A DNA stretch of 64,000 bases. It comes from Chthonomonadales bacterium. Its GTDB lineage: Bacteria; Armatimonadota; Chthonomonadetes; Chthonomonadales; CAJBBX01. The stretch's first letter is position 1. Every line of letters begins with the position of its first letter. Under the pieces are notes generated by a model, which did not search any database, had not been told where the DNA came from, and was given only the letters and a program-made list of their open reading frames with translations. The translations under genes and the position numbers were made by a program. Location: positions 519 through 64,518 of the forward strand of contig JBBIPC010000006.1 of assembly GCA_037443035.1 (NCBI GenBank). The letters run 5' to 3'. Below, piece after piece: positions 19,143 to 29,618 of this stretch.

Positions 19143-20609
19143 GTGAGAGTTCTCATGGTTGCGGCTGAGGCTGCACCTTACGTGAAAGTCGGCGGTCTGG
19201 CTGACGTCATCGGTGCGCTACCCAAGGTCCTCGCAAGTCGAGGACACGACGTACGGATTGCGATCCCTGCGTACGGCCTTCTGAAGCGTACGGTACCACC
19301 CCCCTGGGAGAGTATTGGGGTTCTGAAGCACACCCTCTTTCAGCAACTCGGAACGCGCGTAGAGGTCTTTCGCTTGCGTCTCGACGACAACCTCGGCCTC
19401 TACTTCATCCAAACGGACCGCTGGTTTTCGGATGCTCTGCAGAGCGAAGACGTGTACACCGGGGATCCGGCAGCGTATGTAGCCTTCGGTCGAGCCTGTG
19501 CAGACCTAGCCCTCGGTGCGGATCCGGAGTGGTTACCGGACGTTGTCCATTCCCACGATTGGCACGCGGGCCTCACTCCGGTCTACGTTGCGCTCGAACG
19601 ACACTCCACGCGTCCAGCGCTGGTTCACACGATCCACAACATGGCCTACGCAGGTGTGTTCCCGGCAGAGGTCATGGACCTTACCGGACTGCCGCGCGAG
19701 CTATTCACCTGGGACCGCCTGGAGTTCTATGGTGGCTTCAGCTTCCTCAAAGCGGCCATGGTGTATGCGGACATGGTGAGTACCGTGAGCAAGACGTACG
19801 CCCGTGAGGTGACGACCCCGGCGATCGGTGGAGGGCTGGCTGGCCTCGCCGCGCATCTGACGAGAGAGAAGCGCTTCCGCGGCATTACGAATGGGTTGGA
19901 CACGGAGTGCTTCAATCCTGCCACCGATGCCACATTGCCCGCCCATTATTCCGCAGACGATCTGACTGGCAAGCGCTTCTGCAAAGAAGTGCTCCAGCGG
20001 GATGTTGGCCTCGAGCCTGACCCGAAAGCGCCCGTTTTCGGCATGGTAGCTCGCATCTGCGAGCAGAAGGGACAGGACATCGTAGCCTCTGCCGCTGACG
20101 CGTTCGTCCGGCGTGGTATGCAGCTGGTCGTTCTCGGCGTCGGCGATCCTAGGATGGCGAGCGATCTCAGAAGGGCGGAAGCCAGGTATCCCGGACGCAT
20201 CGCCGTTCGAATAGGCTTCGACGCCTATCTAGCCAACCGTATCTACGCGGGCAGTGATGCGTTCTTACTACCTTCGAGATACGAACCGTGCGGACTCGGC
20301 CAGCTCATCGCCATGCGCTATGGATCGGTGCCGGTAGTGCGTCGCACGGGAGGGCTGGCGGACACGGTTCGAGATGTCGAGGAACACCCACGGAACGGCA
20401 ATGGCTTTGTGTTCGATTCGCCCACTCCCGATGGCCTTCTCGAGGCTATGGAGCGCGCCGTTGTAGCATTCCGGCATCCGAGACGGTGGAAGCGGATCGT
20501 GGCGCGCGGCATGCGGGAGGATCATAGTTGGGCGAACGTCGCGCCCCGGTATGAAGAACTGTACGCCGAGGCCATGTACAGGCGGTCTGGACAGAAGGGG
20601 ATGGCGTAG
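19143..20609 (+). CDS. glgA: glycogen synthase
   Basis: Lies within ORF 19032-20609. The in-frame GTG at 19143 gives (M)RVLMVAAEAAPYVKVGGLADV, the canonical GlgA N-terminus. GT-B C-terminal motifs are present. An extended -10 (TGCTATACT, 19068-19076) lies upstream. Confidence 0.9.
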   Translation: MRVLMVAAEAAPYVKVGGLADVIGALPKVLASRGHDVRIAIPAYGLLKRTVPPPWESIGVLKHTLFQQLGTRVEVFRLRLDDNLGLYFIQTDRWFSDALQSEDVYTGDPAAYVAFGRACADLALGADPEWLPDVVHSHDWHAGLTPVYVALERHSTRPALVHTIHNMAYAGVFPAEVMDLTGLPRELFTWDRLEFYGGFSFLKAAMVYADMVSTVSKTYAREVTTPAIGGGLAGLAAHLTREKRFRGITNGLDTECFNPATDATLPAHYSADDLTGKRFCKEVLQRDVGLEPDPKAPVFGMVARICEQKGQDIVASAADAFVRRGMQLVVLGVGDPRMASDLRRAEARYPGRIAVRIGFDAYLANRIYAGSDAFLLPSRYEPCGLGQLIAMRYGSVPVVRRTGGLADTVRDVEEHPRNGNGFVFDSPTPDGLLEAMERAVVAFRHPRRWKRIVARGMREDHSWANVAPRYEELYAEAMYRRSGQKGMA

Positions 20610-22997
20610 TTAGGCTGCAGCTACTGGCGGCAGCAGAGCCAGAGCGAATACCTGGGCGACGTCGGACACGAGCCGAAACTCCATATCGTTCCGCACGTGG
20701 TCCGGCACGTCATCCAGATCCCGCTCGTTCTCGGCTGGCAGGATTACTATGCGCAGTCCAGCGCGATGGGCGCCCAGCACCTTTTCCTTGATGCCACCGA
20801 CGGGCAGGACTCTTCCGCGTAGGGTCACCTCGCCGGTCATGGCAACGTTGCTCTTCACCGGTCTGCCCGTAGCCGCGCTGGCAATGGCCGTGGCGATAGT
20901 GATCCCAGCCGAGGGGCCATCCTTCGGCACCGCTCCTGCGGGGACGTGCACGTGAACGTCCAGCAATCCTCCGAACGATGCATCGATGCCCAGCTCGCTT
21001 GCGTGAGAGCGCACGCAAGTTAGCGCTGCCTGAGCAGATTCCCGCATGACCTCACCCAACTGACCGGTCAGCGTCAATCTGGGCTCGGTGCCCTTGATCA
21101 GGCTGACCTCCACCGTCACAACGTCTCCGCCCGCCTCTGTGAAAACTAGGCCAGTGGCAACTCCGACTTCGTCTCGCTCATTGGCCGTTCCGTAGCGGTA
21201 CCTGCCGTGACCGAGATGCGCGTCAAGGTCCTTAGGCTTGATCGTCAGACGAGTACGTTTGCCTGAGGCCACCGCTCGTGCAACCTTGCGACATACCGCA
21301 CCTATCTCACGCTCGAGATTGCGAACGCCGGCTTCTCGCGTGTACTCACGGATCAGCCGCGATATTGCATCGTCGTCGAAACGGACTGGCGTGCCCTCCA
21401 AGCCGTTTTCTCGGATCTGCTTCGGGCAGAGAAAACGCTTCGCGATCGCGTGCTTCTCGTATTCTGTGTACCCCGGGAATGGGATGACCTCCATGCGGTC
21501 GCGCAAGGCTGGTGGGACATTGTCGAGAAAATTGGCGGTGGTGATGAACATGACCTCGCGGAGGTTGAAAGGCAGCTCGATGTAGTGGTCGCTGAACTCG
21601 GCGTTCTGCTCAGGGTCCAGTGCCTCCAGGAGCGCCGAGGATGGGTCGCCACGGAAGTCCACGCCGAGCTTATCGATCTCGTCCAGCATGAACACCGGGT
21701 TGCAGACGCGAGCGTGCCGTATGCCTTGCATGATACGGCCGGGCAAGGCGCCGACATAGGTGCGACGATGCCCCCGAATCTCGGCCTCATCGCGGACACC
21801 TCCGAGCGACACACGAACGAACTCTCTGCCAATGGCCCTTGCAATGGAACGGCCGATGGAAGTCTTACCCACCCCTGGCGGACCGACGAAGCAGAGTATG
21901 GGGCCCTTCATCGTGTCGCCAGCCAGTTGACGCACGGCAAGATACTCGAGGATCCTGTCCTTTACTTTTTCGAGACCGTAGTGATCTTCGTCGAGCACAG
22001 CAGCAGCAGCAGCGATGTCTAGGCGATCCTCGCTGCGTGTGGACCATGGAAGCGCGATAAGCCAGTCCAGATAGGTTCGAATCACCACACCTTCCGGTGC
22101 GCCGTATGGCATGCGCTCTAACCGGTCAACCTCCTTGAGAGCTCGCTCCTCGGCACCCTTCGGCATGCGCGCATCGCGGATGCGCGCCCGGTACTCATCC
22201 GCCTCGGAACCCCGGTCATCACGCTCGCGCAGCTCCTCTTGGATGGCTTTGAGCTGCTCGCGGAGGATCATCTCCCTCTGGTTTTCCCCGATCTCCTTCT
22301 CGACGCGTGCCCGGATGTGCCTCTGAACTTCGAGGACGTCTGCTTCATGGTGCAGGACCTTGAGCAAGCTCTCCAGGCGCTGCTTGTCGTCGTTGATCTC
22401 GAGGAGTGCCTGGCGTGTGCCGACGGGCACGTGGCTGAGATGAGAAAGGACGGCGTAGCTCAGCTTGCCAGCCTCGCTGATGCTCGCCACATTGACCAGA
22501 GCTTCTGGAGAGACCTGCCGCCCGGTGTGCACGATGTGCTCGAACTGACTTCGAACGAGGCGCATCAATCCCTCTGTCTCTGTGTCGCTGTGTCCAACGT
22601 CGTGCATGCTTGAAACCGCAGCCACGAGGAATTCGCCTGTATCCGCGAAGCCCTCGACGCACACTTTGCTGGAGGTTTCCGCCATGATACGCACGGTACC
22701 GTCAGGCACGCGCAGGTATTGCACGATTTCTGCCAGAACGCCGACGCCGTATAGATCGTCAGGCAGGGGGTCCTCGGTGTTGATCTGCTTTTGGGCAATC
22801 AGTGCCAGAATACGGCCCCCGTCCCAAGCGTAGTTGACAGCGTTGATGGACCGCTCCCGTCCTACCAACACGGATACCATCATGCCGGGGTAGTAGACCT
22901 GATCGCGTAGCGGCAACACGGGGACATGGCCCAAACGTCTGGAACGCCGTCGTGGCCGGCCCGATCCTTCAGCAGAGGTACGTGATGTGCGGGGCAT
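20610..22997 (-). CDS. lon: ATP-dependent Lon protease
   Basis: 795 aa. Walker [10 protein letters not shown] and catalytic-serine motif [10 protein letters not shown]. Confidence 0.95.
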   Translation of the reverse strand: MPRTSRTSAEGSGRPRRRSRRLGHVPVLPLRDQVYYPGMMVSVLVGRERSINAVNYAWDGGRILALIAQKQINTEDPLPDDLYGVGVLAEIVQYLRVPDGTVRIMAETSSKVCVEGFADTGEFLVAAVSSMHDVGHSDTETEGLMRLVRSQFEHIVHTGRQVSPEALVNVASISEAGKLSYAVLSHLSHVPVGTRQALLEINDDKQRLESLLKVLHHEADVLEVQRHIRARVEKEIGENQREMILREQLKAIQEELRERDDRGSEADEYRARIRDARMPKGAEERALKEVDRLERMPYGAPEGVVIRTYLDWLIALPWSTRSEDRLDIAAAAAVLDEDHYGLEKVKDRILEYLAVRQLAGDTMKGPILCFVGPPGVGKTSIGRSIARAIGREFVRVSLGGVRDEAEIRGHRRTYVGALPGRIMQGIRHARVCNPVFMLDEIDKLGVDFRGDPSSALLEALDPEQNAEFSDHYIELPFNLREVMFITTANFLDNVPPALRDRMEVIPFPGYTEYEKHAIAKRFLCPKQIRENGLEGTPVRFDDDAISRLIREYTREAGVRNLEREIGAVCRKVARAVASGKRTRLTIKPKDLDAHLGHGRYRYGTANERDEVGVATGLVFTEAGGDVVTVEVSLIKGTEPRLTLTGQLGEVMRESAQAALTCVRSHASELGIDASFGGLLDVHVHVPAGAVPKDGPSAGITIATAIASAATGRPVKSNVAMTGEVTLRGRVLPVGGIKEKVLGAHRAGLRIVILPAENERDLDDVPDHVRNDMEFRLVSDVAQVFALALLPPVAAA

Positions 22998-23011
22998 GGA
23001 TCTCGGTTCGA

Positions 23012-23629
23012 TCAGCTAGCTGTGCGGACGTCTCGCTCCATGACTACATCAATGAGTCCGTAGTCCCTGGCCTCCTGCGCAGACATCCAATAGTCCCGAT
23101 CACAGTCCTTGCGGACTTGCTCCACATCGCGCCCTGTGTGCTTGGCCAGCAGGTGCATCAGTGTCTCATGGGCGCGGTTCATTTCCTCCAGGCGAATGCG
23201 AGCATCCGTGACGGTACCTTCGTAGCCACCGCTGACCTGATGGAGCATAATGCGAGCGTGCGGCAACGCATAGCGCTTGCCCTTGGCGCCACCAGCGAGG
23301 ATAACTGCCGCCATGGAGGCTGCCATCCCCACACAGATCGTGGCGATCTCGCACTTCAGCATCTGCATCGTGTCGTAAATGGCCAGGCCCGATGTGACGC
23401 TCCCCCCCGGACTGTTGATATATAGGTCAATGTCTGCACCATGGGGCGGTTCCCGCTCCAGGAAGAGCAACTGAGCGATCACGAGGTTTGCGATGTGGTC
23501 ATCGATGGGATCGCCGATGAAGATGATGCGATCCTTGAGAAGTCTCGAGTAGAGATCGTAGGCGCGTTCGCCCCTCTCGCTCTGTTCAACGACGATGGGA
23601 ATGACGCCCTGGTTACGTGGATGCAGCAT
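23012..23629 (-). CDS. clpP: ATP-dependent Clp protease proteolytic subunit
   Basis: Lies within ORF 23012-23716. Start at [31 protein letters not shown]. Active-site region [11 protein letters not shown]...IMLHQ. Confidence 0.9.
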   Translation of the reverse strand: MLHPRNQGVIPIVVEQSERGERAYDLYSRLLKDRIIFIGDPIDDHIANLVIAQLLFLEREPPHGADIDLYINSPGGSVTSGLAIYDTMQMLKCEIATICVGMAASMAAVILAGGAKGKRYALPHARIMLHQVSGGYEGTVTDARIRLEEMNRAHETLMHLLAKHTGRDVEQVRKDCDRDYWMSAQEARDYGLIDVVMERDVRTAS

Positions 23630-24941
23630 CCGCGTCTCCTTCCTCAGTAACACACGCCGGTTCGGCTTCCGCGGGCTGCTCCATGAGCTCAAGCACGCGC
23701 GCACCAATTCTGTCATAGAGGATGCGATTCAGCACGCTGCGGGCTTGACTCTCGGGCGACTGTCCTTCGGCCAGCGCGCCGGCCGCAGCAAGCCTACGAG
23801 AGTGCTCCAAGGCCTGGGAGATCGTCTCTTCCGCCAGCTCAAGTCCCTCCCGTCGTGCGAACTCGCGCAGCACATACCGACTACGCACGCGGCGATCCGC
23901 TTCCGCTTCCAGTTGGGCTTCGTGTACCTCCCGAGTAAGGTTGGCCGATTCGAGATACTGCTCGTACGTCAGGCCATTTGCCCGAAGCTCAAGGGCGAGC
24001 CTGGAAAGGTCGCCGTTGACCTCCTCCTCTAGGAGTGCAGGCGCATACGCAACCTTCGAGCGCTCCACTAACACATCTATCGCCCTGGATCGCCGCACAT
24101 CCTCGGCGATGCGTTCGGCATGAGCCTCGAGACGGCGCCTTTCCTTGGCCAGGAAGTCTTCGACGCTCTCGCCGGCCTTGATTTCGCGTATCCACTCGTC
24201 CGTGACTTCGGGCAGTTTCCGCTCGACGATAGATTTCGCCGTGACGGTCACAGTGCCATTCCGGCCTGCCTGTTCCTGGACCGCGTAGTCGTCAGGAAAC
24301 CGAACCGAGATCGTGCGCGTCTCGTCAACCATGATACCGAGCAGACCCTTGTCGAGATCGGGTATCGTTTGGCCGACGGTGAGCCGCTGTGTCGCTGGCT
24401 GCTGGGGCTCCTCGCCCTCCATCTGAATGCGGACTTCGCCGAAGATGACATCGCCAGCTCGAGCGCCGCGGTCGTTCACAGGAATGTCGAGCATGTGCTG
24501 CTGTCGCAGAGTCTCGAGGGACCGGCTCAGGTCTTCTTCCGTGATCGGTATGTCAGGCTTCTCGACCTCGGCACCGCGCACGTCACCGAGCGTCACGACC
24601 GGTGGGGTGATTACCGTTGCCTCGAATGCCCAGGATTCACCACGAACGAGATCGCCGGGCTCGATCTCGGGCTCGTTCATCGGTTCAAGCTCTTGCTGGC
24701 GAAGGGCCTCCAGGTAAGCGGGTCTGGCGAGCGACGCTATGACGGCGTCACGGAGGCGCGTCTCGTCTACGTACCGCTCGAGAACGGCCTGAGGTGCCTT
24801 ACCGGGACGGAACCCTGGCACATTGGTGTGTCGCGCGAAGTCGCGCCAAACCTTGCGGTAGGCGCTCTCGACAGCGTCGGCGTCCAGTTCGATCCGAAGC
24901 TTGTATGTACATGGTGCTAGTTCTGTCTTGGTGACCTGCAT
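23613..24941 (-). CDS. tig: trigger factor
   Basis: 442 aa. N-terminal ribosome-binding domain and FKBP-like middle domain. Classic position upstream of clpP. Confidence 0.9.
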   Translation of the reverse strand: MQVTKTELAPCTYKLRIELDADAVESAYRKVWRDFARHTNVPGFRPGKAPQAVLERYVDETRLRDAVIASLARPAYLEALRQQELEPMNEPEIEPGDLVRGESWAFEATVITPPVVTLGDVRGAEVEKPDIPITEEDLSRSLETLRQQHMLDIPVNDRGARAGDVIFGEVRIQMEGEEPQQPATQRLTVGQTIPDLDKGLLGIMVDETRTISVRFPDDYAVQEQAGRNGTVTVTAKSIVERKLPEVTDEWIREIKAGESVEDFLAKERRRLEAHAERIAEDVRRSRAIDVLVERSKVAYAPALLEEEVNGDLSRLALELRANGLTYEQYLESANLTREVHEAQLEAEADRRVRSRYVLREFARREGLELAEETISQALEHSRRLAAAGALAEGQSPESQARSVLNRILYDRIGARVLELMEQPAEAEPACVTEEGDADAAST

Positions 24942-25071
24942 CTCGTTCCCCCGCCGCGCCTAACACGCCTTCCGGGCCCTCTCTCGAAAAAAAGGGATAC
25001 TGAGCGCTGCAGTCCGTGGCCACCGCAGACACCCGTATCCGCACCCTGTTTGCCGGCATCGGCAGGACCAA

Positions 25072-25101
25072 AGAATAGCACTTCGGGAGGCCAGAAGTCA
25101 A
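25072..25101 (-). promoter_or_regulatory. candidate promoter for tig
   Basis: On the minus strand: TTGACT (25101-25096), 18-nt spacer, TATTCT (25077-25072). Implies a 5' UTR of roughly 120 nt. Confidence 0.4.
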
Positions 25102-25106
25102 TGAGT

Positions 25107-25135
25107 TTGACGCGCGCTGCCTTACGGAGTACACT
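25107..25135 (+). promoter_or_regulatory. candidate promoter for prfB
   Basis: TTGACG (25107-25112), 17-nt spacer, TACACT (25130-25135). Back to back with the tig promoter. Confidence 0.4.
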
Positions 25136-25194
25136 ATGCGCTTGGCACCCACAGGCGTGCCGATCTGATGTTGGGAAAGGATACGACAACCGGA

Positions 25195-26305
25195 ATGGCT
25201 CTGGATGACATACGAAGAGAAGCCCAAGAACTGAAGGCACACATAGCCGAGCTCGGAGACCATCTTTGACGTTTCCGGCCGCCGACAGGCTGTAGAAGCG
25301 CTGGAATCGAAGGCGGCGGAGCCGGGTTTCTGGGACGATCCTGCTGCCGCCCAGGCGACGCTTCAGCGTGCAGCTCGAGAGCGAGAATCTCTAGCGCCAC
25401 TGCTGAACCTCATGGAACGGTCAACAGAGCTGGTCGAGCTGAGCGAGCTGGCCGCTGCCGACGACGACGGAGAGTCGCTCGAGGGAGAGCTGGTGGCAGA
25501 GCTGAATCGGCTCCGGGAGGAGCTCGAACGCTTCGAACTGGAGACGCTGTTGTCAGGGCCATGGGATGCCCGTGATGCCATAGTCGAGATAAACGCGGGT
25601 GCTGGAGGAACCGAGTCCTGCGATTGGGCGCAGATGCTTCTGCGGATGTACCTACGATGGGCTCAAGAGCACGGGTTCGAAACGGAAGTACTTGACGAGG
25701 TGCCTGGCGAAGTCGCAGGTATCAAGAACGTCACGTTCGAGGTGCGCGGTCGCTATGCCTACGGTTACTTGGAGTCCGAGCGTGGCGTCCATCGTCTTGT
25801 GCGCATCTCGCCGTTCGACGCTAACAAGCGGCGCCACACGTCGTTCTGCAGCGTGGATGTCATACCGGAAACAGACGAGGCCGATGAGGTCGTCATAGAT
25901 CCAGAGGATCTGAAGATAGATACATTCCGCTCGAGTGGAGCGGGAGGACAGCACGTGAACAAGACAGATTCTGCCGTCCGCATTCTTCACATCCCGACGG
26001 GCATCGTTGTGACCTGTCAGAACGAACGCTCGCAGCACAAGAACCGAGCCAGCGCTCTGAAGGTTCTGCAGGCGAGACTCCTGGAGATGCGCCGAAAGGA
26101 GGAACAGGCCAAGGTGGCGCAGCTCCGCGGCGAACAGCAGTCCATAGAGTGGGGCAACCAGATACGTTCGTACGTGTTCCAACCGTATACACTGGTGAAG
26201 GATCACCGGACAGGTTGCGAGGTCGGAGACGTTATCGGTGTCATGGACGGGCACATAGACCCCTTTATCCAGGCCTATCTGCAATGGAAGGGGAGAAAGG
26301 AATAG
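25195..26305 (+). CDS. prfB: peptide chain release factor 2, expressed through +1 programmed frameshift
   Basis: Frame 0 runs from the ATG at 25195 as MALDDIRREAQELKAHIAELGDHL and then meets TGA (25267-25269). The +1 frame from GAC (25268) is open to 26305 and is in frame with track ORF 25412-26305. Contains SPF (RISPFD) and GGQ (SGAGGQHVNK). Confidence 0.9.
25255..25270 (+). other. RF2 autoregulatory +1 frameshift site
   Basis: GGAG (25255-25258), 5 nt, then CTT TGA C (25264-25270). This is the canonical slippery CUU plus a weak UGA C stop context. Confidence 0.85.
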
Positions 26306-26314
26306 GAAAGACCC

Positions 26315-26974
26315 ATGGTGCGCGCAACAGGTACCAGATGGGTCCCTCTATTAATCGTCTCGCTCCTGCTGGTCGCTAGCGAGGTCCTTGCGCAGTCGGT
26401 TCAGGTGCGAGAGCCGCTGTCGACTGCCGGCGTTCGTGTGGAGGAGAGCACGCTGGCCGACGTGGTGGCCGACGCCATGCGAAGCGTCACAGGCGCAGAG
26501 GTGGCCCTTGTTGCTGCGACCTCCTTTGCCGAGGTCACGATCCAGCCCGGGAACGTGAATGTAGAGGAGTTCGAGCGGGCCCTCGTCTTTCGTGGTGATA
26601 CGGTGGTTATCATGAAACTGAGCGGCGCTCAGATCCGGAAGGCCCTCGAACACGGGCTGGCCCTGTACCCGGCGAAAAGTGCAGCCTTTCTGCAGGTCTC
26701 CGGCCTTTCGTTCCAGATCAACCCATCCGCGCCTCGTAACGAGCGCGTGGAGAACCTGAAGGTCGGCAAGGAGCCTCTCGACGTGGCACGGACCTATATG
26801 GTTGCCATGCCTTCGCCACTTGCCAGCGGCGCGCTGGTCTACTCGAAGGCGTGGAGCAAGGAGGACATGGAACGGGATACGAAGATCACCCTTGGCGACG
26901 CGCTGAAGGGCTACCTAGGCAAAGTGACGGAGATCAGCCTGAAAGCAGGGGATCGGATTGCTGTTCGTAAGTAA
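26315..26974 (+). CDS. secreted 5'-nucleotidase C-terminal-domain protein
   Basis: 219 aa with a signal peptide. Segments LADVVADAMR and LSGAQIRKALEH...LQVSGLSF resemble the substrate-binding C-terminal domain of 5'-nucleotidases. No metallophosphatase N-domain is present. Confidence 0.65.
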   Translation: MVRATGTRWVPLLIVSLLLVASEVLAQSVQVREPLSTAGVRVEESTLADVVADAMRSVTGAEVALVAATSFAEVTIQPGNVNVEEFERALVFRGDTVVIMKLSGAQIRKALEHGLALYPAKSAAFLQVSGLSFQINPSAPRNERVENLKVGKEPLDVARTYMVAMPSPLASGALVYSKAWSKEDMERDTKITLGDALKGYLGKVTEISLKAGDRIAVRK

Positions 26975-27929
26975 TCGCGTCAGTGGCGTCGGTCAGGTGG
27001 TAGCGACTCTGTGTGCTCTGCTGATAGGCGGAGGTTGCCAGACGGGCGCAGGGCAGACAGCTTCGATTGCCCACCAACGTCGGGTGGCCTCGGCGCCGCA
27101 GCGTCCAGCCTTCGACGGCGAAGCCGCCATGGAGTTGCTCCGAGCGCAGTGTGCATTCGGACCGAGGGTCCCAGGTACCGAAGCTCACCGACGGACCCGC
27201 GCATGGATGGTTGCTGAGCTGGAGAAGTACGCGGAGAAGGTGGAGGTTCAAGACTTCAGCTACCGCGGTCTGTCGCTGAGTAATGTCATAGCCTGGTTCA
27301 ACCAGAAGGCTTCCCGCAGAGTGCTTCTGTGCGCCCACTGGGACAGTCGTCCAATGGCGGACATGGAGATACTGCCGTTGAAGAGACGTCAGCCCATCCT
27401 AGGTGCCAATGACGGCGCGTCTGGAGTTGCCGTACTTCTCCAGCTCGCGAAGGCGTTCCATGCTCAAGCGCCGCCGGTCGGAGTCATGCTAGTGATGCTG
27501 GATGGCGAAGACTACGGTGACTTCGAGCGGGACGAGGGCGTTTTCCTCGGCTCGAGGCACTTCGCTCGCATGCTGCCGAAGGCGGGACGGCCTGCATACG
27601 GCATTCTCCTGGACATGGTGGGAGATAAGGACCTAACTATCTACCGGGAGGGCAACTCCGAGCAGAGGGCCGGTCGCATCAACGATCAAGTATTCCGCGT
27701 GGCGGGGGAGCTGGGCTATCGTCGGTACTTTCCCAACAACGTCCGCTACACCATCTCCGACGATCACATAGCCATCAACGATGCCGGCGTCCCGTGCATA
27801 GACCTGATTGACTTCGACTATGCCCATTGGCATACTCTGGACGATACGCCCGACAAGTGCAGTGCTCAATCTTTGCGTGTAGTTGGTGAGACCGTAGCCG
27901 AGGTCGTGTACCGCGAAGGGAGCCGCTGA
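26958..27929 (+). CDS. M28 family peptidase / glutaminyl-cyclase-like protein
   Basis: 323 aa. Motifs LLCAHWDSRP and GANDGASGVA are typical of M28/bacterial glutaminyl cyclases. The start is uncertain (TTG at 26958 or GTG at 26997). Confidence 0.75.
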   Translation: MLFVSNRVSGVGQVVATLCALLIGGGCQTGAGQTASIAHQRRVASAPQRPAFDGEAAMELLRAQCAFGPRVPGTEAHRRTRAWMVAELEKYAEKVEVQDFSYRGLSLSNVIAWFNQKASRRVLLCAHWDSRPMADMEILPLKRRQPILGANDGASGVAVLLQLAKAFHAQAPPVGVMLVMLDGEDYGDFERDEGVFLGSRHFARMLPKAGRPAYGILLDMVGDKDLTIYREGNSEQRAGRINDQVFRVAGELGYRRYFPNNVRYTISDDHIAINDAGVPCIDLIDFDYAHWHTLDDTPDKCSAQSLRVVGETVAEVVYREGSR

Positions 27930-27936
27930 ATGAGTC

Positions 27937-27954
27937 GGGGGCGGCTCGGCCCCC
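27937..27954. terminator. hairpin between convergent genes
   Basis: GGGGGC (27937-27942) pairs with GCCCCC (27949-27954), 6-nt loop. No clear T-tract on either strand. Confidence 0.4.
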
Positions 27955-27957
27955 ATC

Positions 27958-28272
27958 CTAGATGCCTGGCTTGCGACCGCGCGTACGCCATTGCCACCAG
28001 GCGCTGCGGTGGGGAAGGCCTAGGGCCTCACGAACGGCGGGGGTGAAATCGCGCGAGGGCGCGAGATACGGCAACGTCTGAACAAGGCGAATCGTTTCCT
28101 TGAGTTCGCAGTACTCGCGGTTGCAAAGGGCGCACACCGCGAGATGGGCGCGGATGGTCTCGGCTGCCACGACGTCTAGGTAACCTTCGATGTAGTCCTG
28201 AAGTTGGGCCCTGACACGCAGGCACAGTGAGTACTGCTCCGGATGGTCACTGACCAGGTTATTCACTTCCAT
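27958..28272 (-). CDS. anti-sigma factor (zf-HC2 type)
   Basis: 104 aa. H-x3-C-x2-C motif HLAVCALCNREYCELKE. Overlaps the 3' end of the ECF sigma gene. Confidence 0.7.
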   Translation of the reverse strand: MEVNNLVSDHPEQYSLCLRVRAQLQDYIEGYLDVVAAETIRAHLAVCALCNREYCELKETIRLVQTLPYLAPSRDFTPAVREALGLPHRSAWWQWRTRGRKPGI

Positions 28273-28837
28273 GCTCGTCCATCCCCAACGCCGGACGCAG
28301 TCGTTCGCGGAGAATGGCCCGCGCCCGGAACAGATGTGTCTTCACCGTGCCGGTGGGTAGGCACAGTGCCTCGGCTATCTCCTCGATACTCATGTCGGCC
28401 ACATGCCGTAGCAGAACAGCTCGGCGATACCGCTCGGGTAGCTCCATAATGGCTTCGTGGACGCTCTCGGCCACAGCTTCGCGCATAGCAGTCTCTTCTG
28501 GGTCGCTCCGCCGGTCGGTGGCCGGTGGCTCACGTCCGAAGTCTGCCTCCTCGTCCAGCGATGCCGTCGCTCGCGACCTACGCATGCGCATGAGATCGAT
28601 ACTCAAGTTCGCAGCGATCTTGTAGAGCCAAGTGAGGAAACTCGCGTCCTGACGGAAACTGTGCAGCGCTCGGTACGCCTTGATGAACGTTTCCTGCAGG
28701 AGGTCTTCCGCATCCGTCGCGTTGCCTAGCAGGCGAAACAGGAGGCTATAGACTTGCCGCTGGTACCGCTGTACTAGCACGTCGTAACAGTGCGTGTCAC
28801 CAGACAGAGTACGTCTGACCAGTTCGGCATCGGTCAT
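28259..28837 (-). CDS. ECF (sigma-24 type) RNA polymerase sigma factor
   Basis: Regions 2 and 4 are recognisable (DLLQETFIKAYRAL, SIEEIAEALCLPTGTVKTHLFRAR). Start taken at MTDAELVRRTLSGD; the alternative upstream ATG is at 28885. Confidence 0.85.
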   Translation of the reverse strand: MTDAELVRRTLSGDTHCYDVLVQRYQRQVYSLLFRLLGNATDAEDLLQETFIKAYRALHSFRQDASFLTWLYKIAANLSIDLMRMRRSRATASLDEEADFGREPPATDRRSDPEETAMREAVAESVHEAIMELPERYRRAVLLRHVADMSIEEIAEALCLPTGTVKTHLFRARAILRERLRPALGMDEHGSE

Positions 28838-28869
28838 GCTGCCGTACAGCCTCTGGCGCACATATGTGG

Positions 28870-29616
28870 CTACCTGTAGTCCCATGACACTCGGAGTACG
28901 GATCGAGGCGATGGAGGGTTTCGGCGGTCATGTCGGAGAATCGCGGCGACCGCGAGTGTGTATCCGTTTCGCTCGTCCAGTGCAACGAGTATCGGTCCAC
29001 CGCCCATGCGCTCTAGATGCTCGTGGGCGCTGCCGCCCACGGTCGCATTCGCTCGTTGATCTGTAACCAGCGCTTGCACTTCCTTCGGCAGCGGAGCGAA
29101 GCCGGCTCCCATGCCCAACCCGAGTCTCAGTCCGGTTCCCAGAGCCTTGGAGACAGCCTCTTTGGTTGCGAAGGTTCGCGCGAGGAGATGAGCCATGCGG
29201 TTTCTGCCGTTGGGATGTTCGCACAGCCACTCCCGCTCACGGCAGGTCAGGACGTGAGTGCAGAAACGGTGAATCAGGTCGTGACTGCTTGAAATTCGCT
29301 GGAACCGGTGCGGCGCAACGACATCAGCACCGATGCCACGGACGCATGGGTCCAGTGTCACAGCGACAATGCCCATACCCGCATCGTGGCTCATGCTCAC
29401 CATCGGCGCCGGCACACCTCGCCGCGTGCGCATCCAGCGAATGCGTGGCTGACCCCACGGACTGTGATAGAGCTCCCAAGTTCCGTCCTGCCAACCAAGA
29501 GATCCCATGGCACGGGCAAGAGCCATACGATTGCCTTCGTCCGTACCGTCCGAAGTTGCGACGGTAACGTCCACCGTGGCGGATCCCAGCACAGGAGCAT
29601 GGAGCGCCTGAGACAT
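28870..29616 (-). CDS. 4'-phosphopantetheinyl transferase superfamily protein
   Basis: Lies within ORF 28870-29832. Start at MSQALHAPV, 2 nt after the upstream stop. Motif FATKEAVSKALG (F/WxxKEAxxK) and the GIGADVV region. Confidence 0.65.
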   Translation of the reverse strand: MSQALHAPVLGSATVDVTVATSDGTDEGNRMALARAMGSLGWQDGTWELYHSPWGQPRIRWMRTRRGVPAPMVSMSHDAGMGIVAVTLDPCVRGIGADVVAPHRFQRISSSHDLIHRFCTHVLTCREREWLCEHPNGRNRMAHLLARTFATKEAVSKALGTGLRLGLGMGAGFAPLPKEVQALVTDQRANATVGGSAHEHLERMGGGPILVALDERNGYTLAVAAILRHDRRNPPSPRSVLRVSWDYR

Positions 29617-29618
29617 GT

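Noticed and set aside
25264-25270. prfB as a pseudogene interrupted by TGA
   Set aside because: The interruption is exactly the conserved CTT TGA C autoregulatory frameshift site, and both parts align in order with RF2. The gene is functional, not a pseudogene.
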